In this document: positions 10,875-20,303 of the stretch, one piece after another
Numbering within the stretch: the stretch's first letter is position 1
Layout: each line of letters starts with the position of its first letter
Source: an uncultured Verrucomicrobia subdivision 3 bacterium
Lineage (GTDB): Bacteria > Verrucomicrobiota > Verrucomicrobiia > Limisphaerales > UBA11358
Assembly: GCA_903878805.1 (NCBI GenBank)
Contig: CAIRJF010000028.1
Coordinates: 81,490-145,489 of the forward strand
Length of the DNA: 64,000 nucleotides
Direction: 5' to 3'
Notes under the pieces: generated by a model
The model's database searches: none
Seen by the model: the letters and a program-made list of their open reading frames with translations, nothing else
What the model was told of the DNA's origin: nothing
Program-made: the position numbers and the translations under genes

Positions 10875-11791
10875 GAATACGCCGCGTGCCAAATTTGGTT
10901 TTGAATTTCGGCGTAATAGCCGCGTGCGCACTTTGTTATTGCGGTTGCGCGACACAGCACTCGAAAAATAAATCGGCGCAACGGAAGCGGATCGAACTAT
11001 TGTCCGGCACGTTCGGCACTTACGCCGCGGAACCGCGTTTAGCCGATCGACGCGTGGACACCGACCGTCTCGTCGCAGAACTCGTCAAGGTCAAGGCTAA
11101 CACCTACAACTTTCTGATTCACCACGCGTTGACCGACTGGGATGATTTGCAAATTTTTCTGCCATTAGCACGAGCGAATCACATCAAAGTTTGGGTGACG
11201 CTCGTGCCCCCGAGCGAACCGCCGTTCGCCGAACCTTTTCAGTTGGATTTTCATCGCTGGGCCATCGAGTTGGCAAAGCTGAGTTTGAAAGAACCTAATT
11301 TGGTTGCATGGAGCATTGATGATTTTTCCTATGACTCGAAAATTTTCACGAGCGAATACATCAAGGCGATGGTGGAAGTTTCGCACGCGATAAATTCCAA
11401 GCTAGCGTTCGTGCCGTGCCTTTACTTCAAGCAGATGAAGCCCGCGCTTGTGGAGAAATACCGGCCTTATGTTGACGGTATTTTGTTTCCTTATCGGCAC
11501 GAAATGGGGCAGAGGAATTTGACCGACTGGGACACGCTGGAAAAAGAAATCGCCGTCTTCCGTCAGGATTTCGGCCCGTCCGTGCCAGTGTTTGTGGATG
11601 TGTATGCCACGAAACATTCCCAGTTAAACGACTCGTCGCCCGAATATGTGCGGCAGGTAATGACGATTTCGCGGCGCTGTGCGGACGGTGTCTTAATCTT
11701 CTGCCATCAATACGAGGACAAAAGTCCTGAAAAATATCACGTCATCAAATCACTCTTTGAGCAATGGTCAGCGGAGAAAAAATCAAAGTGA
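10871..11791 (+). CDS. Uncharacterised lipoprotein-like protein (TIM-barrel glycosidase-like?), paralog of the N-terminal half of 26614-28248
   Basis: The ATG at 10871 overlaps the upstream stop (ATGA). Hydrophobic leader with Cys (ALCYCGCA). Shares blocks TY(N/A)FL(I/V)H...DWDD...PPSE...DDF...FPY with 26614-28248. Confidence 0.7.
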   Translation: MRIRRVPNLVLNFGVIAACALCYCGCATQHSKNKSAQRKRIELLSGTFGTYAAEPRLADRRVDTDRLVAELVKVKANTYNFLIHHALTDWDDLQIFLPLARANHIKVWVTLVPPSEPPFAEPFQLDFHRWAIELAKLSLKEPNLVAWSIDDFSYDSKIFTSEYIKAMVEVSHAINSKLAFVPCLYFKQMKPALVEKYRPYVDGILFPYRHEMGQRNLTDWDTLEKEIAVFRQDFGPSVPVFVDVYATKHSQLNDSSPEYVRQVMTISRRCADGVLIFCHQYEDKSPEKYHVIKSLFEQWSAEKKSK

Positions 11792-11792
11792 A

Positions 11793-13193
11793 ATGACCGC
11801 AACATTTTCACCCATGAAAAAAAATCTTAACCGAAGAAACTTTCTCAAATCCGCGACCCAAGCTGGCGCGGGCGCGGTGGCACTGCGTTACGCCGCCGTC
11901 GCAGGAATGTTCAGTGCTAACGTGCCGAATATTTTCGCCGCCGAAACCGACTTGCCCGTGAAGCTCGGCGGTAAGCCGGTTCGCACCACGCTTTTTCCGA
12001 CTTGGCCGGTTTACGATGAGACCGAGGAGAAGGCGTTACTCGACGTGTTACATAGCAAAAAATGGTTTCGCGGCGAGGGCCAGCACGTCAATCAGTTTGA
12101 GGACGCTTTCATGAAGCTTACCGGCGCGAAACATTGCGTCGCCACCGCCAACGGCACGAGCGCGGTGCTAGCCTCGCTCGGCGCGCTCGATGTTGGGCCG
12201 GGCGACGAGGTGATCCTGCCACCTTATACCTTTGTCGCGACCATTAACGCTGTGCTGATGCACCACGCATTGCCGGTGTTCGTGGACACCGACCCGGAGA
12301 CGTTTCAGATTGACGCCAAAAAAGTCGAAGCCGCCATCACCGACCGCACCGTGGCAATCATGCCCGTTCACGTCGGCGGTTCGCCCGCAGACCTCGACAC
12401 GATTTTGGAAATTGGCGCACGCCGTAAAATTCCGGTGGTCGAGGACGCGTGTCAGGCGCATCTCGCCGAGTGGCGCGGAAAGAAAGTCGGGACTTACGGC
12501 GTGACCGGTTGCTTCAGTTTTCAGGCGAGCAAAAACCTCACATCGGGCGAAGGTGGCGCGGTGATCACGAATGACGACGAACTGGCCGAGCGCCTTTACT
12601 CGTTCCACAACAACTGCCGCGCGCGCAAAACGGCGAGCTACAATTTCACCTATCGCGGCACGCGCGGCGCGAACTTGCGGCTCGCGGAATTTCAAGGTGC
12701 GTTGCTGCTCGCACAGATGGCGCGGCTGGAAACGCAGTCGCAGACGCGCGAAGCCAACGCGGCATATCTCGCGAAACAACTCGCGGGAATTCCCGGCCTC
12801 GTGCCCGCGAAAAATTACGACGGCTGCACGCGCAGTGCACATCACCTGTTCATGTTCCGTTACGACCCGGAAAAATTCTCCGGCCTGACGCGCGCGAGGT
12901 TTTTGGCCGCACTTACGGCGGAAGGCATTCCGTGTTCTGGCGGTTACTCTCCGTTGAACACGGAATCATTCATTCAAAACGCCTTCAAAACCCGGTCTTA
13001 TCAGCGGGTATATGCGGCGGACGTTTTGGTGGGCTGGGCCGACCGCACGCGCTGTCCCGCGAATGACCAGCTATGCGACGAGGCGGTGTGGTTCACGCAA
13101 AATATGTTGCTCGGTTCGCGCGCGGACATGGACGATATCGTGGCGGCGTTAAAGAAAATCCAAACGCACGCAGCTGAACTCGCGAAGGCTTGA
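11793..13193 (+). CDS. DegT/DnrJ/EryC1/StrS-family PLP aminotransferase with twin-arginine signal
   Basis: NRRNFLKSATQAGAGAVA is a near-consensus Tat motif. VILPPYTFVAT and FSFQASKNLTSGEGG (PLP lysine) are DegT hallmarks. The start may be 11793 or 11814. Confidence 0.8.
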   Translation: MTATFSPMKKNLNRRNFLKSATQAGAGAVALRYAAVAGMFSANVPNIFAAETDLPVKLGGKPVRTTLFPTWPVYDETEEKALLDVLHSKKWFRGEGQHVNQFEDAFMKLTGAKHCVATANGTSAVLASLGALDVGPGDEVILPPYTFVATINAVLMHHALPVFVDTDPETFQIDAKKVEAAITDRTVAIMPVHVGGSPADLDTILEIGARRKIPVVEDACQAHLAEWRGKKVGTYGVTGCFSFQASKNLTSGEGGAVITNDDELAERLYSFHNNCRARKTASYNFTYRGTRGANLRLAEFQGALLLAQMARLETQSQTREANAAYLAKQLAGIPGLVPAKNYDGCTRSAHHLFMFRYDPEKFSGLTRARFLAALTAEGIPCSGGYSPLNTESFIQNAFKTRSYQRVYAADVLVGWADRTRCPANDQLCDEAVWFTQNMLLGSRADMDDIVAALKKIQTHAAELAKA

Positions 13194-13206
13194 AGACCAT
13201 TGACTC

Positions 13207-14574
13207 ATGCGCTTCATCGTCACCGCCATTTTTGCCATGAGCTTCGGAGCATCCGCTGAGACGAACGCGCCTGTCCGTCTGATGACGTTTGAGCCGGCGC
13301 ACTTTCACGCGGCGCTCATCCAGAAGGAGATGCAGCCGGACGTTGCAGAGCGCGTAGATGTTTATGCCAAGGCTGGTGGCGCTCTGGACGCGCACCTCAA
13401 GCGGATTGAGCAGTTTAACACGCGCAAAGTAAATCCCACAGACTGGCAGGAAGTGGTCCACACGAATGATAATCCGCTCGCGCAAATGCTCACGGAAAAA
13501 CCTGGCAACGTCGTGATAGTGTCGGGAAAAAATCGCGGCAAGATTGATGCGCTAGAAAGAATGGTCGGTGCGAAGCTCAACGTGCTGGCGGATAAACCAT
13601 GGATCATTGAGGCGGAAGATTTTCCAAAACTCGCGACGACGCTCGACTCCGCAGATGAAAATGGCGTGATCGCTTATGACGGCATGACGCAGCGGTTTGA
13701 AGTGTCGTGCCAATTGCCGCGCGAACTGGTGAATGACGAAGCTGTGTTTGGTCAATTGGAGGTGGGCTCGGCGACGAAGCCCGCCGTGGAAATGGAGAGC
13801 GTTCACTATCTGCTGAAGGAAGTCGCAGGCGTGCCTTTGTTGCGACCTGCGTGGTATTTCGACATCACACAACAGGGCGAAGCGCTTGCGGACATTGGCA
13901 CGCATCTCGTGGACCTTGTGCAATGGACTTTATTTCCGGAGCAGGCGATTGATTTCAAAAAGGACATCCAACTGACGAGCGCGAGTCGCTGGCCGACGAA
14001 GATTTCGCTGGCACAATTTCAACGTGTCACCGGTGAGCCGAATTTCCCCTACTATTTGAAGCCATCTATCCCTAGCGGTTATTTGGAATATTTCGCCAAT
14101 GACACGCTGACGTATCAGCTGCGCGGCGTTTTTGTGAAGCTCACAGTGAAGTGGGGCTACGAAGCACCTGCTGGCAGCAAGGATTCGGAACTCGCCATTT
14201 TTCGCGGCTCGAAATCGCGCGTCGAGTTTCGTCAGGGCAAAGAGGAAAACTATCTACCGATGGTTTATGTCATCCCGACCGCGCCAGAGTTTAAGGCGGA
14301 AGTTGGTGCCGCGTTAAAAAATAAAATTGCTGCGCTCCAAAAGAATTATCCCGGCGTGTCGCTACAATCGCACGGCGATGAATTCCAACTCATGATTCCT
14401 GACGCGCTGCGCATCGGCCACGAAGCGCATTTCGCCTTGTTGACGCGCCGTTTTCTCGATTACGTGCATCATCCCAAGTCGCTGCCCGCCTGGGAAAAAC
14501 CGAACATGATCGCAAAATATTTCACCACCACCGAGGGCGTGAAACTCGCCCGTAAATCTTCAACCCAAAAATAA
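13207..14574 (+). CDS. Secreted putative oxidoreductase (Rossmann-like N-terminus + 'putative oxidoreductase C-terminal' type domain)
   Basis: Signal peptide. VRLMTFEPAHFHAALIQ and LADKPW blocks resemble Gfo/Idh/MocA-related proteins. The family assignment is from memory only. Confidence 0.5.
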   Translation: MRFIVTAIFAMSFGASAETNAPVRLMTFEPAHFHAALIQKEMQPDVAERVDVYAKAGGALDAHLKRIEQFNTRKVNPTDWQEVVHTNDNPLAQMLTEKPGNVVIVSGKNRGKIDALERMVGAKLNVLADKPWIIEAEDFPKLATTLDSADENGVIAYDGMTQRFEVSCQLPRELVNDEAVFGQLEVGSATKPAVEMESVHYLLKEVAGVPLLRPAWYFDITQQGEALADIGTHLVDLVQWTLFPEQAIDFKKDIQLTSASRWPTKISLAQFQRVTGEPNFPYYLKPSIPSGYLEYFANDTLTYQLRGVFVKLTVKWGYEAPAGSKDSELAIFRGSKSRVEFRQGKEENYLPMVYVIPTAPEFKAEVGAALKNKIAALQKNYPGVSLQSHGDEFQLMIPDALRIGHEAHFALLTRRFLDYVHHPKSLPAWEKPNMIAKYFTTTEGVKLARKSSTQK

Positions 14575-14577
14575 TTT

Positions 14578-15918
14578 ATGAAACGAACTGCCAAACTCAT
14601 CTGCACCCTCGCACTCACGGCTGCGTGTGCCGCGTTCGCCGCTGATCCGTTTCAGCCAGCGCACAAGCTCAGCGGCATCCCGCACGATTCCGGTTTTCCC
14701 GACGGTCACGATCCCTACAACAGCATGGGCTGCGCGAGCGACGGAAAAATTTATTACGTCCTAAGCGCGGATAAATATGACGTCGGCGCGCGGATGTTCT
14801 GTTACGACCCGGCTACGGACAAAGTGAAATTCATCTCCGACCTCACCGAGACGTGCGGCGAGAAGGACAAGAAATCCATCGTGCAGGGCAAGAGCCACGT
14901 CAATTTTGTTGAATCGGATGGTAAATTATTCTTCGCGTCGCATCTCGGATTCTACGGCAGCATAAACGGTAAAGAAGCGATGGGCACTCCGCCGGAGGGT
15001 TGGACCGCGTATCCCGGCGGCCATCTGCTCGCGTATGATCTGAAGAGTGGCAAATTTGAGGATTACGCTATTGCTCCGAATAAGGAAGGCATTCTGGCCT
15101 TCAATATAGACACAAAACGCGGACGCGGTTTCGGGCTGACGTGGCCGAGCGGAATTTTCTTCCGCTACGATTACGCAAAGCACGACCTGAAAAGTTTTGG
15201 TAAGATGTGCGCGCTCGGCGAAGACGGCGTGGGGGCGGACTATCGCACGATTTGTCGCTCCATTTGCGTGAACCCCGAAGATGGTTCGGCATATTTTACC
15301 ACCTCAGAAGGCGACATTTTTCGATACCGCGCTGATAGTGATACGGTGGAAAAAGTAAAGGGCGACAATCTCAAGAAAGATTATTTCGGCATCTACGATT
15401 ACACCTCGCCTGGTCACATGGGTTACAATTGGCGGCAGACATTTTATCGTCAAGCCGATGGCATGATCTACGGCGTGCACGGCAATTCCGGCTATCTCTT
15501 TCGCTTCAATCCCAAGACGGAACAGGTGCAGGTGCTCGACCGCATCACTTCGGATCCTTCCAAAGCAAGTGGTATGTTCGATCAATTCAGTTACGGCTAC
15601 CTCGGCTTCGGTCTCGCGCACGATGGCAAAACGATTTATTACCTGACCGGCGGCCCGATTTACGAAAACGGCAAGCGCCTCACAGGTAAATCCAAAACTG
15701 CGATGGGTGAAGCGAAGGGATTAGAAGATTTACATCTGGTCACCTACGACATTGAAGCCGGTGTGAGCAAAGATCGCGGCGCAATTTATTATCCGAATGG
15801 CCAGCGTCCGCTCTATGTGAATTCTCTCTGCATCGGCCTCGATGGCACGGCGTATTTCCTGGCACGTATTACCGAGAATGGCCAGACGCATTCCGATTTG
15901 ATCAGCGTCAAGCCGTGA
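14578..15918 (+). CDS. Uncharacterised secreted protein (possible beta-propeller)
   Basis: Signal peptide (LICTLALTAACAAFA). Recurrent DG(K/T)(I/L)Y(Y/F) strands. No recognisable catalytic motif. Confidence 0.6.
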   Translation: MKRTAKLICTLALTAACAAFAADPFQPAHKLSGIPHDSGFPDGHDPYNSMGCASDGKIYYVLSADKYDVGARMFCYDPATDKVKFISDLTETCGEKDKKSIVQGKSHVNFVESDGKLFFASHLGFYGSINGKEAMGTPPEGWTAYPGGHLLAYDLKSGKFEDYAIAPNKEGILAFNIDTKRGRGFGLTWPSGIFFRYDYAKHDLKSFGKMCALGEDGVGADYRTICRSICVNPEDGSAYFTTSEGDIFRYRADSDTVEKVKGDNLKKDYFGIYDYTSPGHMGYNWRQTFYRQADGMIYGVHGNSGYLFRFNPKTEQVQVLDRITSDPSKASGMFDQFSYGYLGFGLAHDGKTIYYLTGGPIYENGKRLTGKSKTAMGEAKGLEDLHLVTYDIEAGVSKDRGAIYYPNGQRPLYVNSLCIGLDGTAYFLARITENGQTHSDLISVKP

Positions 15919-15942
15919 GCCTGTGTTCGTAGCTGCAAAATC

Positions 15943-17730
15943 ATGAACTTCGTTGATTGGCTCGTCGTGGCGGCATCGTGCGGACTTGTCTTCACTGTCG
16001 GCCTGCTGTTTGCTCGGCGATCTTCGAAGAAAGGCGCGGCGGGTTACTTCGCTGGCGACCGCGACGTGCCTTGGTGGGCCATCGGACTCTCGAACACGGC
16101 GACTTACAGCTCTGGCACGGGCGCGTTCGTGATGCTCGTGCTCGTGTTCGGTCTGTCCGGCAACTGGCTGTGGTGGGCGAGCTGGATTGTGTGGATGCCG
16201 CTCGTTGCTATCGTTTGGGCGCGGCTGTGGCGGCGAATGCAAATCGTCACAACCGCGGAACTCATCTCGCTTCGTTACGGTGGAAAACCCGCTGTGGTTG
16301 CGCGGAAAATTTACGCGTTCGTTTGCTGCTTCGGGTTTGCGGTTCTCATCATCGCCTACATCACCGGATTTTTCGCAAAGACGATTGCGCCTCTCTGCCC
16401 GCTCACGACCTGGCAAGTCCTACTGATTTTTGGCGGCATCACAGTTTGTTACACGATGTTCGGGGGATTGCTGGGCGTCGTGTATGCGGATGTGGTGCAG
16501 TTTTGCATCATGATCACTGGCTGCACGGTGTTTCTCGTGCTGGCGATCTCGCACAATGGCGGTTGGCAAAACATATTATCGCACGTCCAACAGATTCGCC
16601 CGTCAGGTCTTGTGCAAACACCTCCGACACCCTCGATTGACGTGCTGACGTTGGTCGCGCTGTTTGTGCAGGGCTGGTTCTTCGCTGGTTCGCCAACTGC
16701 GGGCGAAGGCATGACCGCACAACGTTTCATGGCCGCGCGCGACGAACGTCATGCAGTTGGTGGACAATTATTCAATTCGTTTCTTGCGCTGTCGGTTCGG
16801 ACGTTGCCACTGATTGGCTTGGGAATAGTGGCCATGTCGATGTTCTGGACTTCTGATTTGGAGAAGAATCTCGGCTCGATGCCGGCTGGCTCGACCATGT
16901 TGAAAGACCCGGCGCACGCTTGGGGTGAACTCATCAAGGCGTCCAATCTCCCGCACGGTTTCATTGGCCTGCTCGTCGCGGCAGAAGTCGCAGCATTCAT
17001 GGGCTCGTTGAGTTCGCTCATCAACTGGGGCGGAAGTTTTGTGGTGAATGACTTGCTCCCAGCACGCTTCGCCAAAGAAGAAGGCAAAGTCTGGATTAGC
17101 CGGCTCACGACACTGGCCTTATTCCTCTTCGCCGCGACCGTCACGATTCTCTTTGTGGACAACATGGTGAGCTGGTTTCTCTTCATCAATTCGGCGATGG
17201 TCGTTTTCCTTTTGCCGCTGTCATGGTTCCGTTTTTTTTGGTGGCGCTTTAACGTCTGGGGCGAACTTGCCGCCGTCGTCCTCGGTCTGCCGCTCGCCAT
17301 CATCGTCTGGTTCACGCTAGATTTTCAAAGCAAACCAATGTGGCAGGGTCTTGGACTGTTGTTTGGTTTAAGCATAATGGTGCTCATCACGGTCACGCTG
17401 CTCACGCCGCCGGAATCGAAGGAAACTTTGAAAGTATTTTATGCACGTTGCCGTCCACCGGGATTTTGGAAACCAATCAGCGACGAAGTGCCTTTGCCTG
17501 ATATCGGCGAACCGACCACCGCTGAGATGTTTTGGGACTCGCTACTCGGCATCATCGCGTCGCTCGGTTTGGTGCTGGCGACGAACGCCATTTTTGTTGG
17601 CGATTGGCCGCGATTTTTTATGAGCATTACCGGTTGTGTTGTGACCGGGGCCTGGCTGCTGCGGCGAATTCTGCTGAAGTCCCGCGCGGCCAAGTTGATT
17701 GAAACCATCGAACCCGAGGCCGCGCGATGA
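15943..17730 (+). CDS. Sodium:solute symporter (SSF) family transporter
   Basis: 595 aa with >=13 hydrophobic segments. AGYFAGDRDVPWWAIGLS at the N-terminus is typical of the SSS family. Confidence 0.8.
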   Translation: MNFVDWLVVAASCGLVFTVGLLFARRSSKKGAAGYFAGDRDVPWWAIGLSNTATYSSGTGAFVMLVLVFGLSGNWLWWASWIVWMPLVAIVWARLWRRMQIVTTAELISLRYGGKPAVVARKIYAFVCCFGFAVLIIAYITGFFAKTIAPLCPLTTWQVLLIFGGITVCYTMFGGLLGVVYADVVQFCIMITGCTVFLVLAISHNGGWQNILSHVQQIRPSGLVQTPPTPSIDVLTLVALFVQGWFFAGSPTAGEGMTAQRFMAARDERHAVGGQLFNSFLALSVRTLPLIGLGIVAMSMFWTSDLEKNLGSMPAGSTMLKDPAHAWGELIKASNLPHGFIGLLVAAEVAAFMGSLSSLINWGGSFVVNDLLPARFAKEEGKVWISRLTTLALFLFAATVTILFVDNMVSWFLFINSAMVVFLLPLSWFRFFWWRFNVWGELAAVVLGLPLAIIVWFTLDFQSKPMWQGLGLLFGLSIMVLITVTLLTPPESKETLKVFYARCRPPGFWKPISDEVPLPDIGEPTTAEMFWDSLLGIIASLGLVLATNAIFVGDWPRFFMSITGCVVTGAWLLRRILLKSRAAKLIETIEPEAAR

Positions 17731-19061
17731 AACGCTTAGCCATCCTGCTACCGCTAATCGCTACCGCTGCGTTGCGCGTGTCGGCACTCGAACCGACTGC
17801 CGACATTCACACGAATTTTTCATTCACACTTCCCTCGGCCAAACGCGAGTTTCCCGAGCCACTGCCTGCTGGCGCGCAGCCCGGATTCAAAATTCGCGGC
17901 ACGAAAGGCTGGGCGTGGACGCCGGAGCAATATCTCGCCGAGATTCCGTTCATCGCGAAATACAAAATGAATTTCCTGATGAACTGCTATCTTTCGATGT
18001 TTGACATCGAGCATTACGCGAAGTGGAACGATCCCGACGCAAATCGCTGGTGGGAAGATTTACCGCCCGCGAAAAAGGCCGCTTACGAAAAAGTCGTGCA
18101 CTCCGCGCAGGCACACGGTTTGCAATTTTGTTTCAGCATGAATCCCAATTTGTTCAGCAAGCGCACGGTGAACGAGGAATCCTCGGAAAGCATTGATCTG
18201 CTATTCAAGCATTACGCGTGGATGCAAAGTCTAGGCGTGAAGTGGTTCAACCTTGCGCTCGACGACGCGACGAATGGCATTAACGCTGCCACGCAAGCCA
18301 AGGTCTGTAACGAGATTTTTCATCGCCTGCGCGCCAAAGACCCGGAGGCGCAGATGATTTTTTGCCCGACGTATTATTGGGGTGACGGCACGCGGCCCCA
18401 TCAGCAAGCATATCTCGAAGAACTCGCGCGTGGACTCGACAAAGCCATTTACGTTTTTTGGACCGGCGATGAGGTCGTCGGTAAAGTCACACGCGCGGCG
18501 GCGGAAAAATTTCACAGCTTCGTGCAGCACCGGATTTTTCTGTGGGACAATTATCCGGTGAACGATGGGCATCCCACGGCGCACCTCGGCCCGGTGACGG
18601 ATCGCGACGCGGACGTATGCGAAGTCGTTGACGGCTACGTGAGCAATCCGCTACGAGAGCAGAATGAAATCAACCGCATCCCGCTGGCGACGTGCGCGGA
18701 CTACGCCTACAACCCGCGTGCCTACGATGCGCAGCGCTCCATCGGTCAGGCAATTTTGTTGCAAGCCGATAAACCGTCGCAACGTGAAGTGTTGCGCGAT
18801 CTCGTCGAGGTTTATCCGGGAATGTTGCTGACGCCCGGCGGCGGCAAAAAGAAAACCGCCTACAACCCCGTGCGCGCGCAGATGGACAGCATCCTCGCGC
18901 TGACGCAACCACGTTTCGCGGCGCAGGCGTATCTCGATTCACTGGAAAATCTGGCCGCGCGTTTGCAAAAGGAATTTCCGCATCGCTATGACGCCGAAAA
19001 AAAGACGCTTGCCGCTGACATTGCGGAAGTGAAAAAGAAGTTCAACGCGAAATATCCTTAA
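17727..19061 (+). CDS. GH84-family beta-N-acetylglucosaminidase (O-GlcNAcase-like), secreted
   Basis: Signal peptide. KYKMNFLMNCY, the FNLALDDA catalytic Asp-Asp pair and WDNYPVND are all GH84 hallmarks. ATGA overlap with the upstream gene. Confidence 0.75.
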   Translation: MKRLAILLPLIATAALRVSALEPTADIHTNFSFTLPSAKREFPEPLPAGAQPGFKIRGTKGWAWTPEQYLAEIPFIAKYKMNFLMNCYLSMFDIEHYAKWNDPDANRWWEDLPPAKKAAYEKVVHSAQAHGLQFCFSMNPNLFSKRTVNEESSESIDLLFKHYAWMQSLGVKWFNLALDDATNGINAATQAKVCNEIFHRLRAKDPEAQMIFCPTYYWGDGTRPHQQAYLEELARGLDKAIYVFWTGDEVVGKVTRAAAEKFHSFVQHRIFLWDNYPVNDGHPTAHLGPVTDRDADVCEVVDGYVSNPLREQNEINRIPLATCADYAYNPRAYDAQRSIGQAILLQADKPSQREVLRDLVEVYPGMLLTPGGGKKKTAYNPVRAQMDSILALTQPRFAAQAYLDSLENLAARLQKEFPHRYDAEKKTLAADIAEVKKKFNAKYP

Positions 19062-19067
19062 GATTTT

Positions 19068-20303
19068 ATGACTGAAACTTTGGCTATCTTTGGCGGAAGT
19101 AAAACGCGCACCAAGCCATTTACGAGCTGGCCGGTTTTTGACGAGACCGATGAACAGCGGTTGCTTGGCGCGTTGCGTTCCGGCAAATGGGGCAAGCTCA
19201 ACGGCGAAGAAGTGTCGGAGTTCGAGCGCCGCTTTGCGGCGATGCATGATTGTAAACACGCCATCGGCGTGGTGAACGGCACGGTTTCGCTCCGCATTGC
19301 CTTGATGGCAGCGGGAATCAAAGCCGAGGAGGAAGTGATTGTTCCGCCTTACACATTTCTCGCAACGGCGACGGCGGTGGTCGAGGCAAATGCCGTCCCA
19401 GTGTTTGCCGACGTCAATCTGGAGACGTTCAACCTTGATCCCCAATCTGTCGAGGCAGCGATCACGCCGAAGACACGTGCGATCATTCCGGTTCACATGG
19501 CTGGCCAACCAGCGGATATGGATGCCATCCTGGCGATTGCAAAAAAACACAACCTTCTGGTCATTGAAGACGCGGCGCACGCACACGGTGCGTCCTACAA
19601 AAATCGCGGACTCGGTTCCATCGGACACATGGGCTCGTTCTCGTTTCAATCGTCAAAAAATCTCACGAGCGGCGAGGGCGGTATTATCACGACAAACGAC
19701 GACCAGCTTGCCGAGGCTTGTCGCTCCATCCATAACTGCGGCCGCATCACGGGTGGTTTGTGGTATGAGCATCACGTCATATCAGCGAACTATCGGCTTG
19801 GTGAATTTCAGGGTGCGATCCTGAACACGCAATTGAATCGTCTCGAAGCACAAACCGCGACCCGCGATCGCAATGGGCAATATCTGGCTGAGAAACTGAG
19901 CAAGATTCCCGGCATTTACCCGCAACGCCGAACCGCTGAAACCACGCGCCACGCGTATCATCTGTTTTTGTTCCGGATTGTGGCGGAAGAATTTGGTTCA
20001 TCGCGCGCGGTCATTCTTCAGGCGCTTGCGGCGGAAGGCGTTCCCGTTTCCGGCGGCTACGCTATTCCGTTATATCGCCAGCCGTTGTTCCTCAATAATG
20101 CCTTTGGACCATATCTACCGGATGCCAAGACCAGACTCGACTACGGCAAAGTCAGCTGCCCGAATTGTGAGAAAATTTGCGGCGAACAGGGCGCGTGGCT
20201 GGAGCAAAGTATTTTTCTCGGAGGTTTGTCCGACATGGATGACATCGCCTGCGCCTTTGAAAAAATCCACCAAAACCGCCACCTACTTGTCGAATTGAAA
20301 TGA
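19068..20303 (+). CDS. DegT/DnrJ/EryC1/StrS-family PLP aminotransferase, cytoplasmic copy
   Basis: No signal peptide. VIVPPYTFLAT and FSFQSSKNLTSGEGG motifs. Clear paralog of 11793-13193. Confidence 0.85.
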   Translation: MTETLAIFGGSKTRTKPFTSWPVFDETDEQRLLGALRSGKWGKLNGEEVSEFERRFAAMHDCKHAIGVVNGTVSLRIALMAAGIKAEEEVIVPPYTFLATATAVVEANAVPVFADVNLETFNLDPQSVEAAITPKTRAIIPVHMAGQPADMDAILAIAKKHNLLVIEDAAHAHGASYKNRGLGSIGHMGSFSFQSSKNLTSGEGGIITTNDDQLAEACRSIHNCGRITGGLWYEHHVISANYRLGEFQGAILNTQLNRLEAQTATRDRNGQYLAEKLSKIPGIYPQRRTAETTRHAYHLFLFRIVAEEFGSSRAVILQALAAEGVPVSGGYAIPLYRQPLFLNNAFGPYLPDAKTRLDYGKVSCPNCEKICGEQGAWLEQSIFLGGLSDMDDIACAFEKIHQNRHLLVELK